Source: Vulcanimicrobiota bacterium
Lineage (GTDB): Bacteria; Vulcanimicrobiota; Vulcanimicrobiia; Vulcanimicrobiales; Vulcanimicrobiaceae
Assembly: GCA_963786105.1 (NCBI GenBank)
Contig: CAWAXX010000017.1
Coordinates: 160,001 to 224,000, forward strand
DNA length: 64,000 bases
Reading direction: 5' to 3'
Positions 8,870-18,539 of this stretch are shown piece after piece (positions within the stretch are counted from its first letter, which is position 1; each line of letters begins with the position of its first letter). The notes beneath the pieces were generated by a model. That model saw only the letters and a list, made by a program, of their open reading frames with translations. It ran no database searches and was not told the origin of the DNA. The translations under genes were made by a program, and so were the position numbers.

Positions 8870-11069
8870 TCCCCAGGCACCGCAACTGCGCGTGGCCCTG
8901 TCGGACGACGAACTGCTCGCGATCTCGCGGCACTTGGGACGCGCACCCTCGCCGGTAGAGTTATACGCGTTCGACGCCCAATGGAGCGAGCATTGCAGCT
9001 ATAAGTCGAGCAGGCGGCATCTGAAGAAGCTGCCGAGCAGCGGCGCAAACGTGGTGTTGGGTCCCGGAGAAGATTCCGGCATTCTGCATCTTGGCGAACA
9101 CGATGGCGAACGATACGGCATCGTGGTGGCACACGAGTCTCACAACCATCCGTCGCAAGTCGTACCGTTCGAAGGGGCGGCAACCGGCATCGGCGGCATC
9201 GTCCGCGACGTGCTGTGCATGGGTTCGAGGGTGATCGCGGTCGCGGACCCGCTACGCTTCGGGCGTGTCGACGATCCGCAGTCGCATCAGCGTTACGTGG
9301 CGCGCAGCGTGGTCGATGGAATCGGCGCTTACGGCAACGCGATCGGCGTGCCGAATCTCGCCGGCGATGCTTACTTCGATGAAGGTTTCGACGACAACTG
9401 TCTGGTGAACGTCGTCGCCCTCGGCATCGTCAAAGAATCGGAGATCATTCGTTCGCACGCTCCGCCCGGAGCTGACGGGTGGGACGTCGTGCTCGTTGGA
9501 AAGGCAACCGATCCCAGCGGGTTCGGCGGAGCGTCGTTTTCATCGGTTACGCTCGACTCGACCGACGAAGAATCCAACAAGGGCGCCGTCCAAGTTCCCG
9601 ATCCCTTTCTCGAGAACGTGCTGATGCGGGCGAGCTATCGCGTATTCGCGTTGTTGCACGAGCGCGGCATCGTCGCGGCTTTCAAGGATCTCGGCGCGGG
9701 CGGTATCATGGGCTGCTCGGCAGAGATCGTGGCGAGCGGCGGCTACGGCGCCGATCTCAATCTCGACGAGGTCAACGTGGCCGTCGGTGGGCTGCCGCCC
9801 GAAGTGATCGCCGTCGGCGAGACGCAAGAACGCCTGCTGTGGGTGCTACCGCCCGACCTGACCCCAGACGTGTTGGCCATCTATAACGACGAATTCACCT
9901 TGCCGCAGGTGGCCTTCAACGCGCGCGCGACGGTGGTGGGCCGCGTAACGCACGCGAAGCGCTACGTGTTGCGTTATCGCGGTGCGATCGTTATGGACGT
10001 CGACATTGACTTTCTCACCGGTCGCATCGACGACGAGTTGCCGTACGTCGAAGCGATTCGCCACGAGCCCGGGCGTCGCGAGCTTCCGGCGGTTGACGTG
10101 GATGACGTGTTTCCGAAAATTCTCGCCCATCCCGACGTGTGTTCGCGCGAGCCGCTCTACCGGCGATACGACTGGGTGGTACGCGGCGCGACGGTGCTGC
10201 CTCGCGGCGCCGCCGATGCCGGCGTCGTGGCGCCCTTGCCCGGCTCGACGCTCGGCGTTGCGCTGAGCGTCGCCGGCAATCCACGCTACGGCCGCGTCAA
10301 CCCGCGCGCGGCCGCGGAGCTGGCGGTACTCGAGGCGGTTCATCGCGTGATCGCGGTCGGTGCGCGACCGCTCGGATTGACCGACTGTTTGAATTTCGGC
10401 AATCCCCATAAGCCCGAACAATACGGCGAGCTGGTTGCGGCGATCGACGGCCTGGGACACGCGGCGCGGGAGTTAGGTTTGGCGTTCGTTTCCGGAAATG
10501 TGAGCCTGTATAACGAGTCAAAATCCGGCGGAGCGATTCCGCCGTCGGCGATCGTCGCCTGCATCGGGGCATTTCGCGACGTATCGCGCGCGATCACACC
10601 GGGACTCAAGCGCGCCGGCTCCGTCCTCTTGTGGGTCGGTAGCCGCGAGCTGGTCGTGGGCGGCTCGGTGCTGGCCGACGTGCTCGGCATGGATGGTCCG
10701 CTGCCAGAGATCTCGTACGACTCGGAACGTACCGCCATCGGGATCGTCGAAACGGCAATCTCCGCAGGCGTCCTGTTGTCGTGCCGGGTCATTTCCGACG
10801 GCGGAATGCTGACCGCCCTCGCGCGGCTCGCATTCGACGCGCGTAACGCCGGACGGCACCTCGGCGCCGAGTTGGATTTCGGCAATCCGCTGTGCGAGGC
10901 CGGCGGTTTTCTCTGCGAGGTGAGCGACGACGCATTGCTCGACGTAACCGGGAGTTTGAAGGTCGGTACGGTCGTTGACGAACCACGCCTGGTGGTGAAC
11001 GGAACGAGTTTCGACGTTGCCGCCCTGTACGACGTGTGGTCGAAGCCGCTGGCGGAGATCTACCCGTGA
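8862..11069 (+). CDS. purL: Phosphoribosylformylglycinamidine synthase subunit PurL
   Basis: QWSEHCSYKS, ESHNHPS, DLGAGG, TDCLNFGNP and SGNVSLYNE motifs. Confidence 0.95.
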   Translation: MVNPQAPQLRVALSDDELLAISRHLGRAPSPVELYAFDAQWSEHCSYKSSRRHLKKLPSSGANVVLGPGEDSGILHLGEHDGERYGIVVAHESHNHPSQVVPFEGAATGIGGIVRDVLCMGSRVIAVADPLRFGRVDDPQSHQRYVARSVVDGIGAYGNAIGVPNLAGDAYFDEGFDDNCLVNVVALGIVKESEIIRSHAPPGADGWDVVLVGKATDPSGFGGASFSSVTLDSTDEESNKGAVQVPDPFLENVLMRASYRVFALLHERGIVAAFKDLGAGGIMGCSAEIVASGGYGADLNLDEVNVAVGGLPPEVIAVGETQERLLWVLPPDLTPDVLAIYNDEFTLPQVAFNARATVVGRVTHAKRYVLRYRGAIVMDVDIDFLTGRIDDELPYVEAIRHEPGRRELPAVDVDDVFPKILAHPDVCSREPLYRRYDWVVRGATVLPRGAADAGVVAPLPGSTLGVALSVAGNPRYGRVNPRAAAELAVLEAVHRVIAVGARPLGLTDCLNFGNPHKPEQYGELVAAIDGLGHAARELGLAFVSGNVSLYNESKSGGAIPPSAIVACIGAFRDVSRAITPGLKRAGSVLLWVGSRELVVGGSVLADVLGMDGPLPEISYDSERTAIGIVETAISAGVLLSCRVISDGGMLTALARLAFDARNAGRHLGAELDFGNPLCEAGGFLCEVSDDALLDVTGSLKVGTVVDEPRLVVNGTSFDVAALYDVWSKPLAEIYP

Positions 11070-11842
11070 ACCCGGTGAGGCGGATTGCGGTGTTGGTGTT
11101 TCCGGGCACGAACTCGGAGGACGAAACGCTTCGCCTGTTGCGAGCCTGCGGCGGGAATGCGGAACTCGTGCATTGGTCGCGCGCGCAGCGTCTGGCCGAA
11201 TACGACGCCTACGTCTTGCCCGGCGGCTTCGCGTACGAGGACCGGATACGCGCTGGCGCGGTTTCGGCGCACGATAGCATGATGGACGACGTGATTGCGG
11301 GCGCCGCGTCGGGCAAGCTGGTCTTCGGCGTGTGCAACGGAGCGCAGATTTTGTTGGAAGCCGGATTGGTTCCCGGGACCGGCCCCATACGCCGGCCGAC
11401 CGCAGCGTTTACCGGCAACGGTCCGCTGCCTCATTTCGTATGCCGGCACGTGTACATGAAGCTCGCCATCGAGCCGTCGCGCTGTGCGATGACCACGCGG
11501 CTGCCGGACGGCGCGGCGATCCCCGCATACGCAGCTCATGGTGAGGGACGCTTAGCGGCAAGTGCGCAGCACTTGCAGGAGATCGTCGACGGCGAGCACC
11601 TGGCGTTCGTGTACGCGCACGGCGACGGGCGCGTCGACGCGGAGGCCGTTCCCAACGGATCGGCGCTGGGTTGTGCCGGGCTGGTGAACCGGGAAGGCAA
11701 CGTCCTCGCGATTATGCCGCATCCCGAACGCGACGCGTGGAACTTCAATCATCTCGATCGGCAAGAAGGCAGCGACGTGTTGGCGCCGTCGGGCGGTGCG
11801 GTATTGTTCCGCAGCTTCGTCGACGCGGTGAACGGCCGATGA
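11066..11842 (+). CDS. purQ: FGAM synthase glutaminase subunit PurQ
   Basis: FPGTN, LPGGFAYED, GVCNGAQIL, AHGEG and MPHPER motifs. Confidence 0.93.
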   Translation: MNPVRRIAVLVFPGTNSEDETLRLLRACGGNAELVHWSRAQRLAEYDAYVLPGGFAYEDRIRAGAVSAHDSMMDDVIAGAASGKLVFGVCNGAQILLEAGLVPGTGPIRRPTAAFTGNGPLPHFVCRHVYMKLAIEPSRCAMTTRLPDGAAIPAYAAHGEGRLAASAQHLQEIVDGEHLAFVYAHGDGRVDAEAVPNGSALGCAGLVNREGNVLAIMPHPERDAWNFNHLDRQEGSDVLAPSGGAVLFRSFVDAVNGR

Positions 11843-12291
11843 CCGAGCGCGTCGTGGCGATCGAGCTGAAGATTCCCGACAACGAGGCGTATACCGCGCT
11901 GACGGCGTTGCAACGAATGGGCCTCACCGTCGATCGGGTCGAGCGCAGCGAAGTTTGGCATCTCGACGATGCCGGCGAGCCCGCCACGCTGGCTGCGCGC
12001 GTCGAAGCCAACGCGACGATTTTCAATCCAAATAAGCACCGGCTGGAAGTGCTCGAGCGGCATTCCCCGCGTGCAGGCGAGACGTGGATCGAAGAGGCCG
12101 GCGAGCACGACGAAGTTCGCGAGCACCTCGGAGGCACGAACATCGCGGGTGTCGGCCGCTCGAGCCGCTCGGTAGGTTGGCGGCTGCACGGTCCGGATGG
12201 CGCGCCCGTCTCTCGTGAGACGCTCGTGCGTGCCGTCGAAGGGTTACTCTGCAATCCCGCCATCGAGAAAGCGCGTTATGAAGGTGAGTAG
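11839..12291 (+). CDS. PurS-like protein, about double length (150 aa)
   Basis: ATGA-coupled to purQ; LLCNPAIE resembles the PurS LLANPVIE motif; second NP motif IFNPNKH. Confidence 0.6.
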   Translation: MTERVVAIELKIPDNEAYTALTALQRMGLTVDRVERSEVWHLDDAGEPATLAARVEANATIFNPNKHRLEVLERHSPRAGETWIEEAGEHDEVREHLGGTNIAGVGRSSRSVGWRLHGPDGAPVSRETLVRAVEGLLCNPAIEKARYEGE

Positions 12292-12297
12292 TACCAC

Positions 12298-13368
12298 GTG
12301 TCATCGGCAGCGCAGGCGCTCCGCGCCGCAGTCGCAGGACGTCCCATGAACCGCCCTTACACCATCGCTACGCTCGGGTCTCACTCGGCGCTTCAAATCC
12401 TCAAAGGTGCGCACGATGAGGGATTCAAGACGCTGGCGATCTCCAATCGCGACACCGAGCGCTTGTACCACTCCTTCGGATTTGTCGACGAGGTGATCGC
12501 GCTGGGCAGCTACTCCGAGTTCATGGGGCAAGTCGACGAGCTTGCCCGCCGCAAGGTCATCATCGTGCCTCACGGTTCCTTCGTTGCCTACCTGTCGCTT
12601 GACGAACAGAAGAAGATGACGATTCCGTATTTCGGCAACAAGGCGGTGCTCGATTGGGAAGCGAGTCGCGAGCTGCAGCGCGAGTGGTTGTCGCGGGCGG
12701 GCTTGACCCTTCCACGCCAGTTTAAGAGCGGCGCTGAAATCGACCGGCCTGTCATCGTGAAGCTCTACGGCGCTGCCGGCGGCAAGGGCTACATGTTCAT
12801 TCAAGACGCCAACGACTTCGAAGTCCGTGCGGCTCATCTTAAAGAAGAGCACATCATCCAGGAGTACATTATCGGCGTTCCGCTCTACATTCACTACTTC
12901 TACTCGCCGTTAGAAAACAAGCTCGAGATCATGTCGATGGATCGCCGCTACGAAACGAACGTCGATTCGCTTGGGCGCATTCCGGCCGCCGCGCAGGGAA
13001 GCATGGACGTGAGCCCTTCGTACGTCGTCGTCGGCAACCAGCCGGTGTCGCTGCGCGAGTCGATGCTGGCCGAAGCGCTGCGAATGGGCGACAACGTGAT
13101 ACGGGTCAGCAAAGAGATCTGCGGACCGAAAGGCCTGTTCGGGGCGTTCTGCATCGAGACGATCATTACGCCCGACATCCAGTTCTACGTCATGGAAATT
13201 TCGGCGCGAATCGTGGCCGGAACCAACCTCTTCATCGACGGCTCGCCGTACTCGTACCTAAACTACTCCGAGCCGATGTCGACCGGACGCCGTATTGCCC
13301 GAGAACTCAAAAACGCACTCCTCACGAACAACCTTCGTTTAGTACTAGATGACTCGAGCATTCTGTAG
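12298..13368 (+). CDS. purP: Archaeal-type FAICAR synthetase (formate-dependent ATP-grasp enzyme)
   Basis: IATLGSHSALQILKGAHDEGF, VPHGSFVAY, DRRYETNVD, YVVVGNQP, LRESML and EISARIVAGTN motifs; start may be ATG 12346. Confidence 0.88.
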   Translation: MSSAAQALRAAVAGRPMNRPYTIATLGSHSALQILKGAHDEGFKTLAISNRDTERLYHSFGFVDEVIALGSYSEFMGQVDELARRKVIIVPHGSFVAYLSLDEQKKMTIPYFGNKAVLDWEASRELQREWLSRAGLTLPRQFKSGAEIDRPVIVKLYGAAGGKGYMFIQDANDFEVRAAHLKEEHIIQEYIIGVPLYIHYFYSPLENKLEIMSMDRRYETNVDSLGRIPAAAQGSMDVSPSYVVVGNQPVSLRESMLAEALRMGDNVIRVSKEICGPKGLFGAFCIETIITPDIQFYVMEISARIVAGTNLFIDGSPYSYLNYSEPMSTGRRIARELKNALLTNNLRLVLDDSSIL

Positions 13369-14473
13369 ACGTTTCCTCACCATAACCGCACTCGTCGGCG
13401 CGATGTCACTTCCGGTCGTGGCCAGAGCGACGCTCGTAGCGGATCCGGCCGTGCTGTACCAGCAGATGAAGGACGCCTACGCTAAGGGCAGCGCCAATGG
13501 CTGGAGTTACCGCTCGCAAGAGTATTACCTCTCGACGATCTTCAATGCGGGGCGCGCGTATTCGCTGCAGTACCCCGGCGATCCGGCGTACGGCGAACTG
13601 GCGACCCTCACCGTGCAGATCGGCACGGGGCTGCACTACAATCCGTTGACCAATCACGACGCGGCGGTGTGGTGGGTGCGCGAGGCGAGCGACTGGATCG
13701 CGAAACACTCGCAGGACGGGATGTTGATCTCCCAAGCCGTCGGCATGCTACAGCGCGTGAACTCAGAAGACGACCCGGAAAACCTGGCGCGCCTGGCCGA
13801 CGCCGACGCCACCGCCAATTTGCAGACGTATCCGCGCGACGTCGATGCGATGTTGACGCAGGTCGAGGCGAACTGGCGCGGCTGGGTGCTCACGCACAAT
13901 CCTTCGTGGCGGAGCCTCGCGCTGCAGCGCGCGGCGGCTCCGGACTTTCCGATCGCGCACTTGCCGACGACGTGGGGCAACGATTTCATTGCGGCGGCGG
14001 ATTCGGCCACGGTTGGGCGCGTCGGATTTACGCCGGCTGACGTGCAGAACTCGGCGACGATCGTCCGGCGCCTCAAGGCGGTCGATCCGATTCGAGTAAT
14101 CGCGACGGTAACGGCGTTGCCGCACGACGCGTACATGACCACCCTCGCGCCCGCCGACGAATACTTCGGTCGTATGGGCATGTCGATTCTGGGAATCGAA
14201 AACCAGCTCAAGCACATCAACCTCATGCTCGACTACAATTATGGCGACCGCGAGAGTGCCGAGACGGTGCTGGTTGCCGAATCGATCGACGACATGCACA
14301 AGGTCTACCCGCGGGACCGCGACCTGCCGATGCTGCTGTATTGGTGCTATACCACCTTGCAGCGAATGGGCGATAAGGAATCGCGGGAGGCGGCTTCGCG
14401 TTTGAGGGCGATTCTCACCGTGGAGTATCAAGACAGTCCACAAGCGCGCAAAATTCTAAGCGGCCAGACGTGA
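13349..14473 (+). CDS. Secreted alpha-helical hypothetical protein
   Basis: Signal-peptide-like N-terminus; 374 aa ORF filling the operon; contains LAPADEYFGRMGMSILGI. Confidence 0.7.
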   Translation: MTRAFCRRFLTITALVGAMSLPVVARATLVADPAVLYQQMKDAYAKGSANGWSYRSQEYYLSTIFNAGRAYSLQYPGDPAYGELATLTVQIGTGLHYNPLTNHDAAVWWVREASDWIAKHSQDGMLISQAVGMLQRVNSEDDPENLARLADADATANLQTYPRDVDAMLTQVEANWRGWVLTHNPSWRSLALQRAAAPDFPIAHLPTTWGNDFIAAADSATVGRVGFTPADVQNSATIVRRLKAVDPIRVIATVTALPHDAYMTTLAPADEYFGRMGMSILGIENQLKHINLMLDYNYGDRESAETVLVAESIDDMHKVYPRDRDLPMLLYWCYTTLQRMGDKESREAASRLRAILTVEYQDSPQARKILSGQT

Positions 14474-14486
14474 GCGCGGTTTTCTA

Positions 14487-15815
14487 ATGGATGCGGTGCT
14501 GGCCGACCGGCTGCAGTTTGCCTTCACCGTCATGTTCCATTATTTGTTTCCGATCGGCACGATGGGGTTGGCGCCGTTCGTAGCCTACTATACCTGGAGG
14601 GCGGCGTACGCCGACGACGCCGAGGCGGCCAAGGCAGCGCGCTTCTGGACCAAGATCTTCTCGATAAACTTCGCCGCCGGCGTCGTAACCGGAATCCCGA
14701 TGGAGTTCCAGTTCGGAACCAACTGGGCGGAATTCTCGCGTGTCAGTGGGAGCGTCGTCGGCCAGCCGCTCGCCATGGAAGCCGTCTTTGCGTTTTTTCT
14801 CGAGTCGATCTTTCTGGGCGTGTTGCTTTACGGCAGCCGCGGCCATCCTTCGCGCTTCGTCGCCTGGTCGGCCGTCCTGGTCGGTATCGGCTCCTGGCTC
14901 TCTGGGTATTTCGTCGTCGCCGCCAATGCGTGGATGCAGCACCCGGTGGGTTACGCGATCGGACGGGACGGAAAAATCGAACTGCAAAGTATCGGCGCGC
15001 TCTTGCTGTCCACCTGGGCCTGGTGGCAGTTCGCGCACGTGCTCGCCGGCGCACTGGTGGCCGGCGCGTTCGTCGTCGCGGGGTGCGGCGCGTACTACTT
15101 GCTGGCGAAGCGAGAAGCGACGCTCGGCCGGCGTTTCGTGCGCGCCGGGACGATCGCCGCCTTCATTTTTGCGGCGATTGCCGCCTTTCCCACCGGCGAC
15201 GGCAACGCCAACGATGTCACGCAGTATCAGCCGATAAAGCTGGCCGCCATGGAGGGACTCTTCAAATCGACGAACGGTGCCCCGCTGGCCATTATCGGGA
15301 TGCCCGACACGGTGACCGGCACGCTGGTCGATCCAATTTTCGTTCCGGGATTTCTGAGCTACCTCGCGTACGGCAATACTAATGCCGGCGTCAAAGGGCT
15401 GAGCGCGTACGCGCGCGCGCAGTGGCCGCCCGTGGAGCTAACGTACTACGCGTATCACGTCATGGTCGGGCTGGGCACGATCTTCGGAGCAATCGGCGGG
15501 ATCGCACTGGTAGCGCTGCTCCTCGGGCGGCTGTACACCGCCCGTTGGATCTTGTGGCTGCTCATGCTGCTCATGCCGTTTCCATACATCGCTAACGAAG
15601 CGGGTTGGATGGTCAGCGAAGTCGGACGCCAGCCATGGGTCGTGTACGGAATCATGCACACCGCGGTAGCTAGTTCGCCTAGCGTCAACAGCGGCGAGGT
15701 CGTCTTTACGACTATCGGATTTGCAGGTATGTACTTCTTGCTCGGCGTGCTCTTCATTCTGCTAATACTGCGCGAGATCGGTCGCGGCCCTTCGCAGGCA
15801 GCCGAGAACGCCTAG
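14487..15815 (+). CDS. cydA: Cytochrome bd ubiquinol oxidase subunit I
   Basis: RLQFAFTVMFHYLF, GVVTGIPMEFQFGTNW, QPIKLAAMEG and EVGRQPW motifs. Confidence 0.95.
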   Translation: MDAVLADRLQFAFTVMFHYLFPIGTMGLAPFVAYYTWRAAYADDAEAAKAARFWTKIFSINFAAGVVTGIPMEFQFGTNWAEFSRVSGSVVGQPLAMEAVFAFFLESIFLGVLLYGSRGHPSRFVAWSAVLVGIGSWLSGYFVVAANAWMQHPVGYAIGRDGKIELQSIGALLLSTWAWWQFAHVLAGALVAGAFVVAGCGAYYLLAKREATLGRRFVRAGTIAAFIFAAIAAFPTGDGNANDVTQYQPIKLAAMEGLFKSTNGAPLAIIGMPDTVTGTLVDPIFVPGFLSYLAYGNTNAGVKGLSAYARAQWPPVELTYYAYHVMVGLGTIFGAIGGIALVALLLGRLYTARWILWLLMLLMPFPYIANEAGWMVSEVGRQPWVVYGIMHTAVASSPSVNSGEVVFTTIGFAGMYFLLGVLFILLILREIGRGPSQAAENA

Positions 15816-16807
15816 TGTTGCCTTCGATCGCTTTCGGCGTCATCGCGTTCATGTTGACCGCCTATGTCCTGCTCGACGGCTACGACCTCGGCATCGCCGC
15901 AATCTCGCCGCTGATTGCGCGCACCGACCGCGAGCGGGCCGCGACCATGGCGAGCATCGGGCCTTTTTGGAACGGTAACGAGGTGTGGCTGATTGCCGCC
16001 GGCGGCGCCTTGTTTGCGCTCTTTCCATCGGCTTACGCGTCGTCTTTCTCGGGTTTCTACCTTCCGCTTGTGGTGATGCTATGGATGCTGATGTTCCGCG
16101 GCATCGCTATGGAGCTACGCGACCATCTCGCGTCGCATCTGTGGCGCCAGTTTTGGGACGCGGCGTTCTGGCTCTCGAGTACGTTCCTCATCGTGCTCTT
16201 CGGCGTCGCGCTGGGAAACCTGCTGCGCGGCGTGCCGCTGGACGCGCACGGGTATTTTGCCGGCACGTTTGCCTTTCTGCTCAATCCATACGCGCTGTTG
16301 CTTTCGGTCTTCGCACTCGTAACGCTCGCGCAGCACGGGGCCGCGTTCGCGATGGTGCGGATCGACGGCGATCCGGCGTTACGGGCCGCGCGCCTGCTGC
16401 GGTGGTTATGGTGGGCGGCGTTGGCGCTCTATCTCGTTACGAGCGTGGCGACCTTCGCAGTGCGCGGCGCGCCGGCGAGTGCGTGGCTCTACGTCGTGCC
16501 GGCCGTATCCGTCGGCGCGCTGGCCGTCTTGCAGTGGTCGCTGCGGCATGGTCGAGCCGGAGCGGCGTTTGCGTCGTCGTCGACGTTCATCGCTTCGCTG
16601 CTGCTGGAAGCTGCTGGGACGCTGTATCCATATTTGTTGCCGGCATTTCCGGCCGGCCGTAGCGCCGGCATATCTATTGAGGGCGCAATCCCGTCGCCTC
16701 CGGCGTTGACGGTTGCGCTCACGGTGACCGTGGCCGGCAGCATTGCCGCGCTGGCCTATGGGTCGGTGGTATGGCGACGAATGGCGGGCAAGGTTCGCGT
16801 CGAATGA
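15815..16807 (+). CDS. cydB: Cytochrome bd ubiquinol oxidase subunit II
   Basis: YVLLDGYDLG, IGPFWNGNEVWL and FSGFYLP motifs. Confidence 0.93.
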   Translation: MLPSIAFGVIAFMLTAYVLLDGYDLGIAAISPLIARTDRERAATMASIGPFWNGNEVWLIAAGGALFALFPSAYASSFSGFYLPLVVMLWMLMFRGIAMELRDHLASHLWRQFWDAAFWLSSTFLIVLFGVALGNLLRGVPLDAHGYFAGTFAFLLNPYALLLSVFALVTLAQHGAAFAMVRIDGDPALRAARLLRWLWWAALALYLVTSVATFAVRGAPASAWLYVVPAVSVGALAVLQWSLRHGRAGAAFASSSTFIASLLLEAAGTLYPYLLPAFPAGRSAGISIEGAIPSPPALTVALTVTVAGSIAALAYGSVVWRRMAGKVRVE

Positions 16808-16811
16808 ACGC

Positions 16812-17954
16812 ATGGTGACGAATTACGTGGCGCGTGCGCTGGCCTCGTACGATCGCTCGCGATTGACGCTGGCCTCGATCGGTAGCCATTCGGCGCTCGA
16901 TGTCGCCTATGGTGCGCGCGCGCAAGGATTACGCAATCTCGTGATTACGGCCAGAGGGCGAGAGCGAACCTACACCGAGCATTTCAGACGGCGCGAATCC
17001 CCCGGGCCGCCGCGCGGCTGCGTGGACGACGTGCTCGAACTGGACGAATTTCCCGAGATCCTGCGTGACGACGTGCAGCGCCGCCTGCTCGCCGACAACG
17101 TCATCTTCGTGCCGAACCGGTCCTTCGAAGTCTACCTTCATCAACGCTACGGCTACGACGAAATCGAACGCGGCATGCTGGTTCCGTTTTTCGGCAATCG
17201 GGGACTACTTCGTGCCGAGGAGCGCGACGAGGCGCGCAATCAATACGCGCTGATGGACCGAGCGGGGATCCGGTATCCTAAACGTTTTGCGTCCCCGTAC
17301 GACATCGATCGCTTGGTGATGGTGAAAGCGCCCCACGCACGGGTGAGTTTCGAGCGGGCGTTCTTCCTTGTTTCCTCACCGAAGGAATTCGAGAGCTCGG
17401 TGAACCGGCTCGTGAGCGACGGCATGCTAACCGAAGACGGACTCGCGGGCGCGGTGATTGAGGAGTATGCGCTGGGACCGTCCGTCAACCTAAACTTCTT
17501 TCAGTCGCCGGTTTTGGGAGAACTCGAGTTGAGCGGAACCGACACGCGGCGCCAGACGAATCTTGAGGGCTTCCGCAATCTCCCCCCATCGGCGCTCGAG
17601 GCGCTGCGTGAAGTACCGATGCGCCTCGAGGAGGCCGGTCACATCGCAACCACGCTCACCGAGTCGATGCTCGAAAAGGCGTTCGAGTTGGGGGAGCGCT
17701 TCGTGGCGGCGGCGGCCGCGGAAAACCCGCCCGGCGTGATCGGCCCGTTCGCCCTACAGTGCATCATCGTTGCCGGGCCGCCGAAAGAGTTCGTATGCTA
17801 TGATGTATCGCTGCGCATTCCTGGATCGCCGGGGACTCGTTACACGCCGTACTCGGCATATCGCTGGGGGCGCGACGTGTCGGTCGGCGAGCGCATCGCC
17901 ATGGAAATTTCGATGGCGCGTGACACCAATCGCTTAGAATCGGTTTTGACCTAA
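16812..17954 (+). CDS. Second PurP-like ATP-grasp protein (DUF1246/DUF1297 family)
   Basis: IGSHSALDVAYGARAQG, FVPNRSFEVY, FERAFF, DTRRQTNLEG, IGPFALQ and DVSLRIPGSPG motifs. Confidence 0.85.
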   Translation: MVTNYVARALASYDRSRLTLASIGSHSALDVAYGARAQGLRNLVITARGRERTYTEHFRRRESPGPPRGCVDDVLELDEFPEILRDDVQRRLLADNVIFVPNRSFEVYLHQRYGYDEIERGMLVPFFGNRGLLRAEERDEARNQYALMDRAGIRYPKRFASPYDIDRLVMVKAPHARVSFERAFFLVSSPKEFESSVNRLVSDGMLTEDGLAGAVIEEYALGPSVNLNFFQSPVLGELELSGTDTRRQTNLEGFRNLPPSALEALREVPMRLEEAGHIATTLTESMLEKAFELGERFVAAAAAENPPGVIGPFALQCIIVAGPPKEFVCYDVSLRIPGSPGTRYTPYSAYRWGRDVSVGERIAMEISMARDTNRLESVLT

Positions 17955-17986
17955 CATATAGCCGTTGAAACCGTTTGGGAGGCAGT

Positions 17987-18529
17987 ATGAGCGCGCAAAA
18001 CGTGCAGGAACGTAGCGGAGTGGTGACGTTCAAAGGTAAACCGATGACTTTGCAGGGCCCGGCTCTGCAGGAGGGCGCCCCGGCGCCGGAATTTCGACTG
18101 ACGGCCGGCGATCTCGCGAGCGTGTCCGTGGACGAACTGGTGGACGCCGGCAAGCGCGCCGCGCTGCTGATCGTGGTCCCCTCACTCGACACGAGCGTCT
18201 GCTCGCTCGAATCGCAGAAGTTCAACCAACGCCTCGGCGAACTTCCCGCCGGCGTGAGCGCATGGGTCGTGAGCATGGATCTTCCGTTCGCGCAAGCGCG
18301 CTGGTCGAGCGCGCAGGAAGGCGACGTACGGCTAGGGATGCTGTCGGACTACCGCGATCGGAGTTTCGGACTCAACTACGGGCTGCTTATCGCCGAGCTG
18401 GACTTACTGGCGCGCGCGATCGTCGTCATCGGAAAAGACAAGAATGTGGCCTACGTGCAGATCGTCCCGGAGGTTGCGCAAGAGCCCGACTACGACGCGG
18501 CGTTGAAGGCGGCGGCCGCTGCCGCCTGA
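17987..18529 (+). CDS. tpx: Thiol peroxidase
   Basis: [24 protein letters not shown] and LARAIVV motifs; SD GGGAGG. Confidence 0.9.
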   Translation: MSAQNVQERSGVVTFKGKPMTLQGPALQEGAPAPEFRLTAGDLASVSVDELVDAGKRAALLIVVPSLDTSVCSLESQKFNQRLGELPAGVSAWVVSMDLPFAQARWSSAQEGDVRLGMLSDYRDRSFGLNYGLLIAELDLLARAIVVIGKDKNVAYVQIVPEVAQEPDYDAALKAAAAAA

Positions 18530-18539
18530 CGCCGAAGCG

